Virus record (IMG/VR): IMGVR_UViG_3300011116_000560
Coordinates: 1 to 55,985 of that record
Source of the DNA: a virus
Taxonomy: Duplodnaviria; Caudoviricetes
DNA length: 55,985 nt
Strand: one strand, 5' to 3'
Positions 55,601 through 55,985 of the stretch are shown in pieces. The first letter of the stretch is position 1. The number at the start of each line of letters is the position of its first letter. Under the pieces are notes generated by a model, which made no database searches, was not told where the DNA came from, and saw only the letters and a program-made list of their open reading frames with translations. The translations under genes were made by a program, and so were the position numbers.

Positions 55601-55985
55601 AGGCCGGGGATGCCCTTGAACGGCATAGGCAGAACTTCGTCCCGGTTACGCGTCTTGAGGATATCCGCTTTCTCTTTCTTGAGCTTCTGAGCAGCCTCAG
55701 GAGTTGTGGCGGCAGCAATAAGCGCATCATACTTGGCGTCTACCGCGTCGATTTCTTCCTTGGTCATGGGGACACCGGCGAACCGCGCCATGTCAAACCC
55801 GTCCCGGAAGTCTGCCATCGGTATACGCGCCATATCGAGAAGCTGGTTAAGCACCTTTTCGTTGACTGACGGGTTACCAAGCGCATCGACCGTAACGAGT
55901 TCGCCTGTGACGCGGCGCACGTCGGCGTATTTAACGGTGTTGTGGCCATGGATGTTGGCAGCCATGAGCAGTTCGTTAAGCTGTG
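52600..55985 (-). CDS. Giant internal virion polyvalent protein, C-terminal part (PLxRFG-like region)
   Basis: In-frame continuation of 1..4345; YIPVVRRGDHSIRV near 54985-55023 and AAFRL...IDDT.G.YS....PR.FQ......FMYK.F resemble PLxRFG-domain proteins. Confidence 0.85.
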   Translation of the reverse strand, partial: QLNELLMAANIHGHNTVKYADVRRVTGELVTVDALGNPSVNEKVLNQLLDMARIPMADFRDGFDMARFAGVPMTKEEIDAVDAKYDALIAAATTPEAAQKLKKEKADILKTRNRDEVLPMPFKGIPGLTEDSKLWRAYKEHFDNGQQSAMVHAAIQHVIADIGGAKVKQAHMLDKLASEMGRKLKDNEKKFIDNLVERYVRMYALNRDETGGSVEYNTDSMKSANEMAVAFNKVLIGKDTDRIADLTKFFEDKTGDLKATALTKAEVVDAITSLREDSRINAEAVNETRYDAQHLVLNMGLLQQTSENSDMHSKLNIARNYIPVVRRGDHSIRVEAVDSNGKAVKVADEFSQMMGYWQKNDLAAATTAAEDLNRAFKNMPPISMRVMVGNNYEYAPVTFRAVQGTVLKDGTVPSASNLNTVLDAIAAFNINLPPEKRADLVTAITKQSDNSRKSLERRGHPGGDSDMARSASEYLQNVSASIARRIHRPLLDTLFDGSLDSSNKLWFGDFSEKGEYNTLKAAHEANPADKAAAEKFELYHYMTKVNESERTGNTYKSIALENLHFIDSQSNTDTTNFADGTFIKQLRQWTAVAQMGASMATAAIQLIALQTNVIPALATYNQKRSFGGGFGIGRAHVEVYKALKQTTGIGASDSDTFKAMIPKTDTAEAKALRAKWHLTRLEAEFLFKETQSGRMQAAQADAQGANARGDTDSRLQQAFQLMMVPFNIAEQASRRATGLAAFRLEYDKQTRLLLPNDPKYADKMQEAFDTATAFSNKMIDDTLGQYSLGALPRAFQSDVGHLLFMYKVFPVTSAELMRNMDYKGKIMMLGALVILAGMHGIPFADDFIDVLETLSQRILGKPIGSVEAEFYALLEKAVPGLGDFVNHGGIDKIFGISLGQRVANGDILPGTGIFKAGADVGRELEAIAGPVMSFVSQSASTIHGLSRFAHDPTLNKAIDVARESPAAMVRAVSDAAMYYQTGAIVDKRGYVASKDMGSTTIMARLMGFYPSAAKVQNDVIRLNKTSIDYAKEISAAFKTDYIKAVQSGDPEAAQHIKDNVRDWNETAKWLGTGLEIRNFGTNAAQALREARKSTVERSLKSAPISARNKMLEQMSIAGINPRGGSVQ
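55827..55985. repeat. Terminal overlap, copy 2
   Basis: Matches 1-159 with 3 mismatches. Confidence 0.95.

Noticed and set aside
55827-55985. Biological direct terminal repeat
   Set aside because: It falls mid-gene in a continuous frame, so an assembly overlap of a circular or permuted genome explains it better
1-55985. tRNA or rRNA genes
   Set aside because: No cloverleaf or T-loop signature noticed in the few intergenic gaps; a tRNA scan would be needed to exclude them formally

Overview
The window is an apparently complete, circularly permuted genome of a tailed dsDNA bacteriophage. Bases 1-159 repeat bases 55827-55985 with 3 mismatches, giving about 55.8 kb of unique sequence. It has two divergent arms. 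The minus-strand late arm runs from 26608 to 1 and wraps to 55985-49120. It carries an HNH-type endonuclease, TerS, TerL, three small proteins, portal, scaffold, major capsid, a probable cement protein, two adaptors, tail fibres with a chaperone, a nozzle-like tail protein, internal virion proteins, a ~2523-aa giant protein spanning the junction, a lysis cassette and three secreted proteins. The plus-strand arm (26929-48905) carries small hairpin-preceded early genes, an AT-rich origin-like region with nested inverted repeats, and a MoxR-type AAA / DUF3150-like / HExxH-VWA triad. It also carries an Nmad5-like protein, a stand-alone DnaA domain IV, a dATP/dGTP diphosphohydrolase, a HicA-like protein, a family A DNA polymerase (Leu762 type), a Cas4-like nuclease, VRR-NUC, an SNF2 helicase, a Zn-binding SSB/annealing-like protein, an XRE HTH and a primase-helicase. 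No tape measure, tail tube or sheath gene is evident, so the virion is probably podovirus-like. No integrase, RNA polymerase, tRNA or CRISPR array was seen. Several accessory genes suggest an alphaproteobacterial (rhizobial-like) host, which is an inference. The most striking observation is a cluster of sliding-clamp-binding-like motifs (QLSMF, QLDLF, QLNLPL and variants) in the giant putative injected protein, a region the ORF track misses. All family assignments come from motif recognition by eye; no searches were run.
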